Part shown: one piece after another, positions 24,064 through 33,806 of the stretch
Layout of the letters: every line of letters begins with the position of its first letter
Numbering within the stretch: the stretch's first letter is position 1
Source of the DNA: a virus
Taxonomy: Duplodnaviria; Caudoviricetes
DNA length: 52,664 nucleotides
Direction: 5' to 3' (one strand)
IMG/VR virus record: IMGVR_UViG_3300031211_000007
Coordinates: 1 to 52,664 of that record
Translations under genes and position numbers: made by a program
The notes under the pieces: generated by a model
Database searches by the model: none
What the model saw: only the letters and a program-made list of their open reading frames with translations
Told to the model about the DNA's origin: nothing

Positions 24064-25896
24064 ATGTTAACTGGAAATGAAATTTTAAATGAGTATACTA
24101 AGTGTTTAGTCGACCCATGTTATGCAATTACCGAATATTTAAAAACCTTTGATAAAACAAAAGAAGGGTTTGTTCCGTTCAAACTATTCCCTAAACAAAG
24201 AGATATTATAAAAGCCTATAAAAATCACAGGTTCACTATGGTTACTAAACCTAGACAGGCTGGTGTATCTACAACAACAGCTGCTTATGCCGCAGTAAAA
24301 GCTATATTCGCTGACCCTAATAACCCAGAGGCTATTCTAATTCTTGCAAATAAGCAAGATATGGCCTTTGAATTCCTTGATAAGATTAAAGATTTTGTTA
24401 ATCAATTCCCTAGATGGGCATGGGGGTCTGAGTATTATGGTACTGAAGAAAAAGAAAATAAAAAGATTTATTCAACTGAGTCTAAAAAAGAACTTAAATT
24501 ACCTAATGGTAGTAGAATTAGGGCTGTTGCTACATCTAAAAACGCATTAAGGGGTTTTACACCTACTTGGTTAATTATGGATGAGGCGGCGTTTATCGAA
24601 AACGGTGCTATTGTTTTTGGTACAGCTTTGACGGCTTTAGGTACTGGTGGTAGAGCTTCTTTGGTTTCTACACCTAACGGTATGGATTCGTTATACTACA
24701 AAACCTATGAACAGGCTATGAGTGGTGATAACGATTTTCATGTTATTGAAATGAAGTGGTATCAAGACCCTAGATATAACAAAGACCTGCGTTGGATTAA
24801 TGAAGATGATGATGATGATATTATAGAAGAGGTTAAGTTTACGAAAGAGGGTGATTCTGAGGAAAGTGTTAGAGCTATCCACGAACACTACGACAAAATG
24901 TTACAGAAAGGTTATAAACCTGAATCTAGTTGGTATCGTGAAATGTGTCGTGGTATGAACAACGATAAAAAGATGATTGCTCAAGAGCTTGATGTATCTT
25001 TTATTGGTTCTGGTGGTGCTGTTATTGACGATAAATACATCACAATGCAAGAAAAGGAGAATGTTATTGAACCTGAATTTATTTCTGGTGATGAAAAAGA
25101 AATTTGGATATGGGAGGAACCTAAAGAGGGACGTCAATATATTTTATCTGCTGATGTTGCTAGAGGTGATGGAGAAGATTCTTCAACTATAGTCATTATA
25201 GATTTTAATACCATGACTCAAGTTATGGAATATAAAGGTAAATTGAGACCAGACTTATTAGGTAATTTGGTTAATGAATATGGTAGAATATATGATGCAT
25301 TGGTGGTTGTAGATATTACTGGTGGTTGGGGTGTTGGTACTATTAACCGTTTATTAGATTTGGGTACACCTAATTTATACTACGCCGACAGTTCAAGCAA
25401 ACCTCTAGAAAAGAAGAGTAGAACCCCAAAGAATTATTCTGATGAAGGTAAATTCCCAGGTTTTAATGTAGGCGCTGGTCTCAGAGCGCCTATTGTAAGT
25501 CATCTAGAAATGATGGTCAGGATGAATGGCGTAAAAGTTAGGTCTAGAAGACTAACCTCAGAGATGAGAACGTTTGTATTTAAAAACGGTAGGGCCGACC
25601 ACATGGATGGGTATCATGATGATTTACTTATGGCTCTAGCTTATGCTTTATGGGTTGCTGAATACTCATTTAAAAAATTAAACGAATCTAAAGAGAAAAG
25701 TAAGGCTATGTTATCTGGTTGGATGGTTAATAAGGGTGAAGTTAGTAATGAGGAATATAGACGTAATGGTTTTACATCAAAAAAAGATAGAAAGAAGAAA
25801 TTAACCACGAAACAACCTAACTTTAGTCACACTGTAGCTAAGAATATGCAAGACCCTAAGGGTAAGTATATGTGGTTATTTAGTGGTTCAAGATAA
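24064..25896 (+). CDS. terL: terminase large subunit (T4 gp17-like)
   Basis: KPRQAGVST, LIMDEAAF, STPNG, ADVARG, HDDLLMA. Confidence 0.95.
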   Translation: MLTGNEILNEYTKCLVDPCYAITEYLKTFDKTKEGFVPFKLFPKQRDIIKAYKNHRFTMVTKPRQAGVSTTTAAYAAVKAIFADPNNPEAILILANKQDMAFEFLDKIKDFVNQFPRWAWGSEYYGTEEKENKKIYSTESKKELKLPNGSRIRAVATSKNALRGFTPTWLIMDEAAFIENGAIVFGTALTALGTGGRASLVSTPNGMDSLYYKTYEQAMSGDNDFHVIEMKWYQDPRYNKDLRWINEDDDDDIIEEVKFTKEGDSEESVRAIHEHYDKMLQKGYKPESSWYREMCRGMNNDKKMIAQELDVSFIGSGGAVIDDKYITMQEKENVIEPEFISGDEKEIWIWEEPKEGRQYILSADVARGDGEDSSTIVIIDFNTMTQVMEYKGKLRPDLLGNLVNEYGRIYDALVVVDITGGWGVGTINRLLDLGTPNLYYADSSSKPLEKKSRTPKNYSDEGKFPGFNVGAGLRAPIVSHLEMMVRMNGVKVRSRRLTSEMRTFVFKNGRADHMDGYHDDLLMALAYALWVAEYSFKKLNESKEKSKAMLSGWMVNKGEVSNEEYRRNGFTSKKDRKKKLTTKQPNFSHTVAKNMQDPKGKYMWLFSGSR

Positions 25897-25954
25897 ACAA
25901 GTCAATAACTTGACATATTTACAATATATAGTATCATTAATAAAATAAATTAAA

Positions 25955-27976
25955 ATGGCAGAAAAACCAACAGTATTTCAAAAATTAAGCAATGTCTTCG
26001 GTAAAGAGGGGATAAATCCAGAGGTTAAAAAAACCAATAGATATTCATTGGGTAATGGTACTGAATTACTAAAAACTAAATCAAAAGAGGAATACGAGAC
26101 TACTAAGTTGCAAGCTCAACAAGATAAGTACTTACAAGGTCAGTGGTCTAAAGTAGATGGTGAGCTTTATCAACAAGCAATACACTATGAAACAACTAGA
26201 GTTGGGTCATATTCGGATTTTGAAACGATGGAATTCTATCCAGAGATTTCTGCCACATTGGATATATTCATGGAAGAGTCTACAACCCCTAATGATAAGG
26301 GTGATGTAATAAACATATACTCTGGTAGTAAGAGGGTTAAAAGAATATTGCAGGATTTATTCATTAATAGATTAGACATACACACTTCACTACCTATGTG
26401 GTCTAGGAATTTATGTAAGTATGGCGACAACTTTGTACACCTAAACATTAATAGTAAAGCTGGTGTTGTTGGTGTTAGACAGCTACCTAACTTTGAAATC
26501 GAAAGAAGAGAGAATGACATTAGAGGTGTTATATCCCCATCGCAACTATCTGATGTAAATCAAGATGAGGCTAGAAATAAAACACAATTTTATTGGAAGA
26601 GAAATGAGATGACATTTCAATCATGGCAAATAGGTCACTTTAGACTATTAGGTGATGATAGGAAATTACCTTATGGTACTTCATTTTTAGAGAAAGCTAG
26701 GCGTATATGGAAACAATTGATACTGGCTGAGGATGCTATGTTAGTTTATAGGGTAACTAGGGCACCAGAAAGACGTGTCTATAAAGTTTATGTTGGTAAC
26801 ATAGATAATGAAGACGTTAGTGGTTATGTTGATGATATTGCTAATAGATTTAAGCGTACCCCACTTATTGACCCTCAAACAGGTCAAATGGATGTCAGGT
26901 ATAATCAATTAGGTATTGACCAAGATATTTTTATACCAGTTAGGGATGAAAATGCTCAAACCCCTATTGATACCTTACCTGGTGCTCAGAACTTAGACCA
27001 GATTGCTGATATTGAATACCTACAAAGAAAGTTATTTACGGCGTTAAGGGTACCTAAAACCTTCTTAGGTTTTGAAGAAGCTCAAGGTGAGGGTAAGAAT
27101 TTAGCATTGCTAGATATTAGATTTTCTAGAACAATCAATAGAATACAACAAGCCCTTTTACACGAGCTGAATAAAATTGCTATAATTCACTTACATTTAT
27201 TAGGTTTTACTGATGATTTAGATAATTTTACACTTACATTAAATAACCCATCTACACAAGCTGAAATGCTTAAAGTTGAACATACAGCGGCCAAGGTTAA
27301 TCTATATAAAGATGCAGTTGCTGATTCTGGAAATGGTTTTGGTGCAATGTCTATGACTAGGGCTAAAAGAGAGATATTAGGTTGGAGTGATGAAGAAATA
27401 AAACAGGATTTACTTGAACAAAGAATTGAAAAGGCTGCGGCTCAAGAGTTAGAAAACACAGGTAATGTTATTAAGAATACAGGTGTGTTTGATAACGTTG
27501 ATAGAGTTTATGGTGATATGGAAATGGCCAGACTAGGTGGTGTTGTTGATGAGGAAGGTGACGGACCCGATGGTGGTGGTGGTAACACTGGTAGTGTCGG
27601 CGGTGGCTTTGGTGGTGGCTTTGACGATAATGGTTTAGACTTAGATGATACTGACGTTGAAGACGGTGGTTTTGGTGATACCGAACCTTTAGATGACGCT
27701 GGTGCGGATAATGCCGATGTAGATACTGAAGACACCACTGATGAGTCTAAGAAAAAGAAAGGTAAGATAATTAACGAAAATTTAAAACGTAACCCTAAAA
27801 ATAGTTCAGTTAATAAATTCATTAACATGTTAGATGAGAGTAAAAAGGCTGAAAAGAAAAAGAAAAATGAGGTAACTAAATTTTATGATAAATCAGTTAA
27901 ATTTAACAAAACAATGGATTCTATGATAAATGAAATTGATGATAAATTGGGCGAGACTGAAGATATTAATGAGTAA
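25955..27976 (+). CDS. gp20: portal protein (T4 gp20-like)
   Basis: EDAMLVYRVTRAPERRVY, TLPGAQNL, LFTALRVP; Gly/Asp-rich tail. Confidence 0.95.
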   Translation: MAEKPTVFQKLSNVFGKEGINPEVKKTNRYSLGNGTELLKTKSKEEYETTKLQAQQDKYLQGQWSKVDGELYQQAIHYETTRVGSYSDFETMEFYPEISATLDIFMEESTTPNDKGDVINIYSGSKRVKRILQDLFINRLDIHTSLPMWSRNLCKYGDNFVHLNINSKAGVVGVRQLPNFEIERRENDIRGVISPSQLSDVNQDEARNKTQFYWKRNEMTFQSWQIGHFRLLGDDRKLPYGTSFLEKARRIWKQLILAEDAMLVYRVTRAPERRVYKVYVGNIDNEDVSGYVDDIANRFKRTPLIDPQTGQMDVRYNQLGIDQDIFIPVRDENAQTPIDTLPGAQNLDQIADIEYLQRKLFTALRVPKTFLGFEEAQGEGKNLALLDIRFSRTINRIQQALLHELNKIAIIHLHLLGFTDDLDNFTLTLNNPSTQAEMLKVEHTAAKVNLYKDAVADSGNGFGAMSMTRAKREILGWSDEEIKQDLLEQRIEKAAAQELENTGNVIKNTGVFDNVDRVYGDMEMARLGGVVDEEGDGPDGGGGNTGSVGGGFGGGFDDNGLDLDDTDVEDGGFGDTEPLDDAGADNADVDTEDTTDESKKKKGKIINENLKRNPKNSSVNKFINMLDESKKAEKKKKNEVTKFYDKSVKFNKTMDSMINEIDDKLGETEDINE

Positions 27977-28002
27977 AGTTGTTTTTTATTGCATATTGAC
28001 CA

Positions 28003-28010
28003 TATTTATA
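28003..28010 (+). promoter_or_regulatory. late promoter motif TATTTATA
   Basis: upstream of 28024. Confidence 0.6.
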
Positions 28011-28023
28011 ATAAAAAAGAACA

Positions 28024-28797
28024 ATGCAAAATTTTGGTCAAATACATGAAACTTTTAAGGATATTTTAATAGATGGAATCGTCGAAGGTAATAATAAAAA
28101 CAGAAAAGTTTTTAAAGCCTACGCTAAAACCCTTAAAGAGAATTCAACACTAAGAGTACAATTTGAAGTTTATGATAGTTTAGAGAATAAAGTAAATGAA
28201 GACTTGGAAAATTCTAAACTATTTGTTGATGAATGTTTATCTCTATTGAGTAAATTAGATGTTAATAAGGTTAATGAATGTAACAATAAACTAACTAAGT
28301 TTTTAAATAAGAACGGTTATATGTTAATTGAGGATTATGACAATAAAGAGTTACATGAGCACATCTATAGGTTAACCGTAACACCTAGGTCTGCTAAGAA
28401 TTTATCATCTATTGTTGAATCTAGAATGTACCTGAATAATTTCACAGGTAAAAAGATTATGACTGAGAACACTAAGGTTGAACCTTACACTAATAAATTC
28501 TTGGCTCCAATAATGATTGAGAAGTTCAATAAAAAATACTCTACTGTTTCAGAAAGTGAAAAGAAAGTTATTAGAACCATTATTAACGGTGATGAATCTC
28601 AAAAGAAAGACCTTTACAAAACAACAATAAGAGAATGTTTAGATGTTGTAAATACTAAATTGAAAGAGGAATGTTCAATTGAAGAAAAAGATACTTTTTT
28701 AAGAGTTAAAGATAAAGTACTAAGGTACGACTATAATCCAGAGACTTTTATTAGTGAAATGACTGAGCTTAGTTATTTAAAAGAAACATTAAATTAA
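28024..28797 (+). CDS. hypothetical head-module protein
   Basis: 257-aa helical ORF downstream of portal. Confidence 0.85.
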   Translation: MQNFGQIHETFKDILIDGIVEGNNKNRKVFKAYAKTLKENSTLRVQFEVYDSLENKVNEDLENSKLFVDECLSLLSKLDVNKVNECNNKLTKFLNKNGYMLIEDYDNKELHEHIYRLTVTPRSAKNLSSIVESRMYLNNFTGKKIMTENTKVEPYTNKFLAPIMIEKFNKKYSTVSESEKKVIRTIINGDESQKKDLYKTTIRECLDVVNTKLKEECSIEEKDTFLRVKDKVLRYDYNPETFISEMTELSYLKETLN

Positions 28798-28798
28798 A

Positions 28799-29098
28799 AT
28801 GACTCATATACTATTTCAAGCAGATGTAAACATAATTAATTGGTTAGTGCAGCAAGCGCCAGTGGTGGTTGTTATGGGTGCTGCTATATACTGGTTGGCT
28901 AATAGATTAAAGAAAGCTGAAAATGATAAAGACGAGTTAGCTAAAGACGTCATCAAACTTACAACCCTATGGGAAGAAAAGAGTGATGAGTTAGACGTTA
29001 AGAACGAAAAGTTAGGTGAGAAAAACACTAAAGTTAACGAAGAAATTTTAGTTTTATTAAGGGAAATAAAGATGATAGTTACTAAAAGAGGTTTATGA
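28799..29098 (+). CDS. single-TM coiled-coil protein
   Basis: APVVVVMGAAIYWLA followed by a charged coiled coil. Confidence 0.7.
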   Translation: MTHILFQADVNIINWLVQQAPVVVVMGAAIYWLANRLKKAENDKDELAKDVIKLTTLWEEKSDELDVKNEKLGEKNTKVNEEILVLLREIKMIVTKRGL

Positions 29099-29574
29099 AC
29101 AGTTTTATGGATAACATTTTTGGAAAGAAAAATGAAAATTACAATAAGGCCGTTGATGGTCTAAAGAAAATCAAAGATAAGTTTGATGGTTTAATTATGT
29201 CCTTCCCTGACGTTACTCCAATAGAGATTGTTTTAGTTACAGACACATGGCAAAAATTACCTAAAGAGATTTCTAAAGGGGTTGAAGTCATGATTCTTAA
29301 AACGAATATGAGTGAATGCAAAGTTTTTATTACTAGCTATGACCCATACTCTTATGTGATACCACATAAGCATGACGAAAGATATGAATATGGGTTAATA
29401 TTAGAAGGTACTATAATTAATGAAACCATTGGTTGTGAATATAAAAAAGGTGATGTTTATAAGTTTGGACCTAACGAGATGCATTACTTGGTTTCTGGCC
29501 CAAAAAAAGCTTTAGTTTATTCTTTACACTCTAAGAAGTCAAATTTAGATGATTACTTTCACCTATCCATATAG
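29095..29574 (+). CDS. cupin domain protein
   Basis: PHKHDERYEYGLILEG...GDVYKFGPNEMH. Confidence 0.85.
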   Translation: MNSFMDNIFGKKNENYNKAVDGLKKIKDKFDGLIMSFPDVTPIEIVLVTDTWQKLPKEISKGVEVMILKTNMSECKVFITSYDPYSYVIPHKHDERYEYGLILEGTIINETIGCEYKKGDVYKFGPNEMHYLVSGPKKALVYSLHSKKSNLDDYFHLSI

Positions 29575-29667
29575 ACAAAGCATTAAAATCGCTTAATAAT
29601 TTAGAGATATTAAAATAAAGTTTTACCAAATATTGACTAATCCATTTTTTTCCATTATACTTGAAGT

Positions 29668-30147
29668 ATGAAAAAAAGCAGAGGTACAGAGAAAGAAATA
29701 CAAATCGATAATAACTTAAATACACATTTTGGTTCCGTAGACAAAAACGACCCAAAGAGCATATATATCAAATTTAGTTCGTGGTCCAACACGATTAGTT
29801 ATGATGAAAGTAATAATTATAAGAGGATTATTACTGACCTAACTAAAAAAATTAAAAGTTATTTATATAGAGATATAAACACAGATATATTCCATAACGA
29901 TATAGTTATCGTGGATATGGATATGAGAGAGTCTGGGATATCAGGTGATAAACCTAGTTTCATGAGTTGCGAAGTGACTCTATATCAAAGAGGTAATTAT
30001 AAACTGAATAATAATACGTTGTTGGATGAAATGAATAAGTTAAGTGAAACCGCATGTAAAGAGATATTTAATAGACATCGACATTTCGAGTTTTATAAAC
30101 ATAAGGAAGAAGCACTAAAAGTAGCAAATGAAAGCCTAATCGTTTAA
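29668..30147 (+). CDS. hypothetical protein
   Basis: 159-aa ORF. Confidence 0.8.
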   Translation: MKKSRGTEKEIQIDNNLNTHFGSVDKNDPKSIYIKFSSWSNTISYDESNNYKRIITDLTKKIKSYLYRDINTDIFHNDIVIVDMDMRESGISGDKPSFMSCEVTLYQRGNYKLNNNTLLDEMNKLSETACKEIFNRHRHFEFYKHKEEALKVANESLIV

Positions 30148-30161
30148 GATTAGGCTTTTTT
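30132..30161 (+). terminator. intrinsic terminator
   Basis: AAAGCCTAATC/GATTAGGCTTT stem plus T-run. Confidence 0.75.
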
Positions 30162-30174
30162 TATTTTATTAACA

Positions 30175-30182
30175 TATTTATA
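30175..30182 (+). promoter_or_regulatory. late promoter motif TATTTATA (protease)
   Basis: upstream of 30199. Confidence 0.65.
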
Positions 30183-30198
30183 GACAAAGCATTTAAAG

Positions 30199-32010
30199 AT
30201 GACCAATGATTATAAAATATTAAGAGGTGGAAAAACTGGTAGCGGTTTATTGATTGAAGGTGACGCTGGTTTTATTGAACCTAGTGACATTAGAAATAAA
30301 TCTTTTATTTCAGAAGTTAATAAAGCTGGTAATGGCCTTGTTATGGCTGAACCGTTAGTTCTATTTGTAATTCTACAAAAATATGGTATTGAAAACAGAA
30401 ATGGTAGGATATATCCAGAAGACATTTTAAGGAGAGAAGCGAACAGATATCAAGAGTTAATTGACCAAAGATTATCTATTGGTGAATGCGTACCAAGAGG
30501 TACTGAAATATTTACTAAAGACGGTTGGAGGGAAATTCAGGATATGGTTATTGGTGATGAGATATTCACTTTAAATACTAACACTAATGAATTAGAAGTA
30601 CAATCAGTTTCTAGAACCACAGATAAAAAATATAATGATGATATGATTCATATATACAACTCTTCATCATTAGATATGTTAGTAACCAAAAAACATAAAA
30701 TTGTTTTATGGGATAGGAATGACAAGCCATATATTTTAACAGCTGAAGAATTATATGATAAAATTAATAATGGTGATTCTAAAGTCTCACATTCATATAT
30801 TAAAAATTCAGGTGAGTGGGTTGGTGAGGATTCTAAAAAAATAAATATCCCGAATTCGAATTATGAAATAGATTCTGAATTATGGGCTAGATTTCTAGGT
30901 ATATTTATCGCTGATGGTCATTGCTCTGGAACTAGAGGGGGTAAAAATAAAAATTCGGTTACTATTACTCAGGTTAAAAAAGAATCTTCAGAAAAAATAA
31001 TAAACTTATTAAATGAGTTACCATTTGAATATTCGATTAGTGATGATAGACAATTCATAATTTATGATAAACCATTATATAATTTTCTATTTGATTTAGG
31101 AAATTCCGAAGAAAAATATATACCTAATTACGCAAAAAATTGGAATGTTAATTTATTGAATATTTTATTAGATTGGATGCTTTTAGGGGATGGTAGAAAT
31201 AGAAGTGATAAAAATGGTAAATTAATGAAAGAATATTATACTATTTCAGATAAATTATCAGAAGACGTTTTTGAAATTATGCTTAAGATTTCTAATGGCG
31301 CAACTTTTAATACCCGCATACCAGAAGATAGGTATATTACAGATACTAAAATAATTAATGAAGAGGTTGAAACTGATGGGATGTTAGAATTAGTTAAACG
31401 TAAAGTTAAAACTAAGCGATTAATAGAAGCGTCTAATTCTAAACCATTGCATATCATTTCTGAAAGACGTTCTAAGGGGATTTCACTAGATACACGTTTT
31501 ACTAAAGCAGAAAAAATACCATTTAATGATAATGTTTATTGTGTTACTGTTGATAATGGAACTTGGTTAATGAGACATAATGGTAAAATTTCTTGGACAC
31601 ACAATAGTGACCACCCAGAGTCATCTGTTATTTCAAATAGAAATGTATCACATGAAATTAAAAAAATATGGTGGGAAGGTACAACCTTAGTTGGTGAAGT
31701 CGAAATCATCATGTCACCTGGTTTTATTAACCAAGGTATAATATCTTGTGAGGGTGACCAAATAGCTAACATGTTAAGAAAGGGAATCCGTGTAGGTGTA
31801 TCTTCTAGGGGTGTTGGTTCGTTAGATAATATAAATGGTAAATTAATTGTACAAGATGATTTCGAAATCATATGTTGGGATATAGTAACTAGTCCTAGTA
31901 CGCCAGGTTCTTATATGTTCAACAATAAGTCTGACGCACAGCCATTTATGGAATCTAAAATGAAGAAAGACAATCTATTAATTGATAAATTAAACAAGTT
32001 TTTAATTTAG
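30199..32010 (+). CDS. gp21: prohead core protease (T4 gp21-like) with intein
   Basis: NRNGRIYP, IGE|SDHP, VSH, GVSSRGVGS, DIVTSPS. Confidence 0.93.
   Translation: MTNDYKILRGGKTGSGLLIEGDAGFIEPSDIRNKSFISEVNKAGNGLVMAEPLVLFVILQKYGIENRNGRIYPEDILRREANRYQELIDQRLSIGECVPRGTEIFTKDGWREIQDMVIGDEIFTLNTNTNELEVQSVSRTTDKKYNDDMIHIYNSSSLDMLVTKKHKIVLWDRNDKPYILTAEELYDKINNGDSKVSHSYIKNSGEWVGEDSKKINIPNSNYEIDSELWARFLGIFIADGHCSGTRGGKNKNSVTITQVKKESSEKIINLLNELPFEYSISDDRQFIIYDKPLYNFLFDLGNSEEKYIPNYAKNWNVNLLNILLDWMLLGDGRNRSDKNGKLMKEYYTISDKLSEDVFEIMLKISNGATFNTRIPEDRYITDTKIINEEVETDGMLELVKRKVKTKRLIEASNSKPLHIISERRSKGISLDTRFTKAEKIPFNDNVYCVTVDNGTWLMRHNGKISWTHNSDHPESSVISNRNVSHEIKKIWWEGTTLVGEVEIIMSPGFINQGIISCEGDQIANMLRKGIRVGVSSRGVGSLDNINGKLIVQDDFEIICWDIVTSPSTPGSYMFNNKSDAQPFMESKMKKDNLLIDKLNKFLI
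30487..31605 (+). mobile_element. class 1 intein (373 aa) with LAGLIDADG endonuclease
   Basis: starts CVPRGTEI, TKKH block B, GIFIADG and MLLGDG, ends WTHN|S. Confidence 0.92.
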
Positions 32011-32144
32011 ATTTTAATAGCTTAAATACTTAATAATAATTTTTTTTACTAAAATCATGTGTTTTGTAGAAATAATACATATTTATTAAGTAAACACACA
32101 AAATTTACTGTGTAATAATTTAAATTATAAAAAATTATAACCAA

Positions 32145-33776
32145 ATGAAAGACGAAAAAAACAAGTCTATTATAGAAGAAGCCTTAGCGGAATTTAATCT
32201 TATTGAAGAGAATATAAATTCGAATACCAAAGAAATACTTCGTTCGGTTGCGAAGGAAGAAATTACAGGTTCGCTAAAAGAATCCTTGAATGAGGATGAT
32301 TATGATATCGAAGATATCGAAGATATCGAAGATGTTGATGCTGACAGTGATGTTGATGCTGACACTGACAGTGATGTTGACGTTGATGAATTACCAGTTG
32401 ATGATGCCGCTGAAGAAAGTGGCTCAGAAGAACTAGAACTTGATGACATGGATATGGACTCTGAGGAAGAAGGTGAAAGCCTTGACGGAGAAGGTAGCGA
32501 AGACTACGGAATGGACATGACAGGTGCATCAGACGAAGAAGTTATCTCAGTTTACAAAAAATTAAGCGGAGATGATGAAATTGAAGTTGTATCATCAAAT
32601 GAGGTAGTAATTACAGACCCAGAATCAGGTTCACAATATAATGTGAAGATGGATAAGGGTGATAGTCTTATCGACCAAGGCGAAATGGAAGCTTCTAGTT
32701 TAGAAGCTGAAGGTTACCATAAAATGGAAGAAGAAAATTATGAAATGGAAGATGGTGACCACAAAATGCAAGAAGAAGAAGATGAGGGTGTAGTTTACGA
32801 AATTGAGTTATCAGAAGAAGAAGATGACGTAAATGAAGAAACTAAAATTGGAGCTACCGCTGGAAACAGTAATAATCCACAAGTAAGTGATGTAAATAAA
32901 GGTTCAGATGTAGCTGCTGTTAACACAGGAGATATTGACAACCAAAAAGCATCTACTGACACTGAAACTTCAGGTGATAATCTTGAAGGTGGATTTGATG
33001 AAGAAGGACAAAACGGTAGTGGTGACGCTCACGCAGAACACGTTATGGAAATGGATAGTTTCAATGGCGGTGGAAGTGATGTCGAAGGAGCCGCAGCTGG
33101 ATTAGGCGAAATAATCGATGGTCTTAAAAAACTTATGAAAATGGGTGGAGCTGTCGGTCAAAGAGCTAAAAATGCTTTAATGGGTCTATCTAAAAATTCA
33201 GAAATGGATGAGGAAGAATCAATTGAAGAGCATATTCCAAAAGCTAAAGGTGAAGCGCACAGAGCACCAGCAAAAGCTGACATTGGTCAGCCAGTTGGAG
33301 CGGGAGCTAAGAATGTTAAAGGTGTTAAAGGTGAAAGTGTTGCAGAAAAGAAATTAGCTACAGCAATTTCAAAATATAACACACTTTTAGGTGAAGCTAA
33401 AAAGATTAAGGAAGAGAACGAAATGTTCAGAAACTCTCTTAAAGATTTTAGAAAGTCAATTACTGAGACTGCCGTATTTAATACTAACTTAACTTATGCT
33501 ACTAAATTATTTTTAGAGCACTCAACTACTTCAGAAGAAAAACAAAATATCTTAAGTAGATTTGATGAAGAGGTTAGTACAATCGGAGAGTCAAAGAAAT
33601 TGTATAAATCAATAAGCTCTCAATTAGGTGAAAAAACTCCTATCACAGAGTCAATTGAAAATAAATTAGGTTCTGAGAAAAGTACAAGTCAGTCAAATCA
33701 ATTAAATGAGACGACAGCTTATGTTGACCCAGCACAAAAAAGAGTTCTTGACTTAATGAAAAGAACAAATAAATAA
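32145..33776 (+). CDS. prohead scaffolding/core protein
   Basis: very acidic, C-terminal coiled coil, between protease and capsid; short in-frame tandem repeats at about 32300-32390. Confidence 0.8.
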   Translation: MKDEKNKSIIEEALAEFNLIEENINSNTKEILRSVAKEEITGSLKESLNEDDYDIEDIEDIEDVDADSDVDADTDSDVDVDELPVDDAAEESGSEELELDDMDMDSEEEGESLDGEGSEDYGMDMTGASDEEVISVYKKLSGDDEIEVVSSNEVVITDPESGSQYNVKMDKGDSLIDQGEMEASSLEAEGYHKMEEENYEMEDGDHKMQEEEDEGVVYEIELSEEEDDVNEETKIGATAGNSNNPQVSDVNKGSDVAAVNTGDIDNQKASTDTETSGDNLEGGFDEEGQNGSGDAHAEHVMEMDSFNGGGSDVEGAAAGLGEIIDGLKKLMKMGGAVGQRAKNALMGLSKNSEMDEEESIEEHIPKAKGEAHRAPAKADIGQPVGAGAKNVKGVKGESVAEKKLATAISKYNTLLGEAKKIKEENEMFRNSLKDFRKSITETAVFNTNLTYATKLFLEHSTTSEEKQNILSRFDEEVSTIGESKKLYKSISSQLGEKTPITESIENKLGSEKSTSQSNQLNETTAYVDPAQKRVLDLMKRTNK

Positions 33777-33806
33777 TAAAGTAAATTAAAATTAAATAAA
33801 TAAATT

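Noticed and set aside
32300-32390. Tandem repeats as a regulatory or contingency locus
   Set aside because: In-frame 9- and 18-nt units encoding the acidic scaffold linker.
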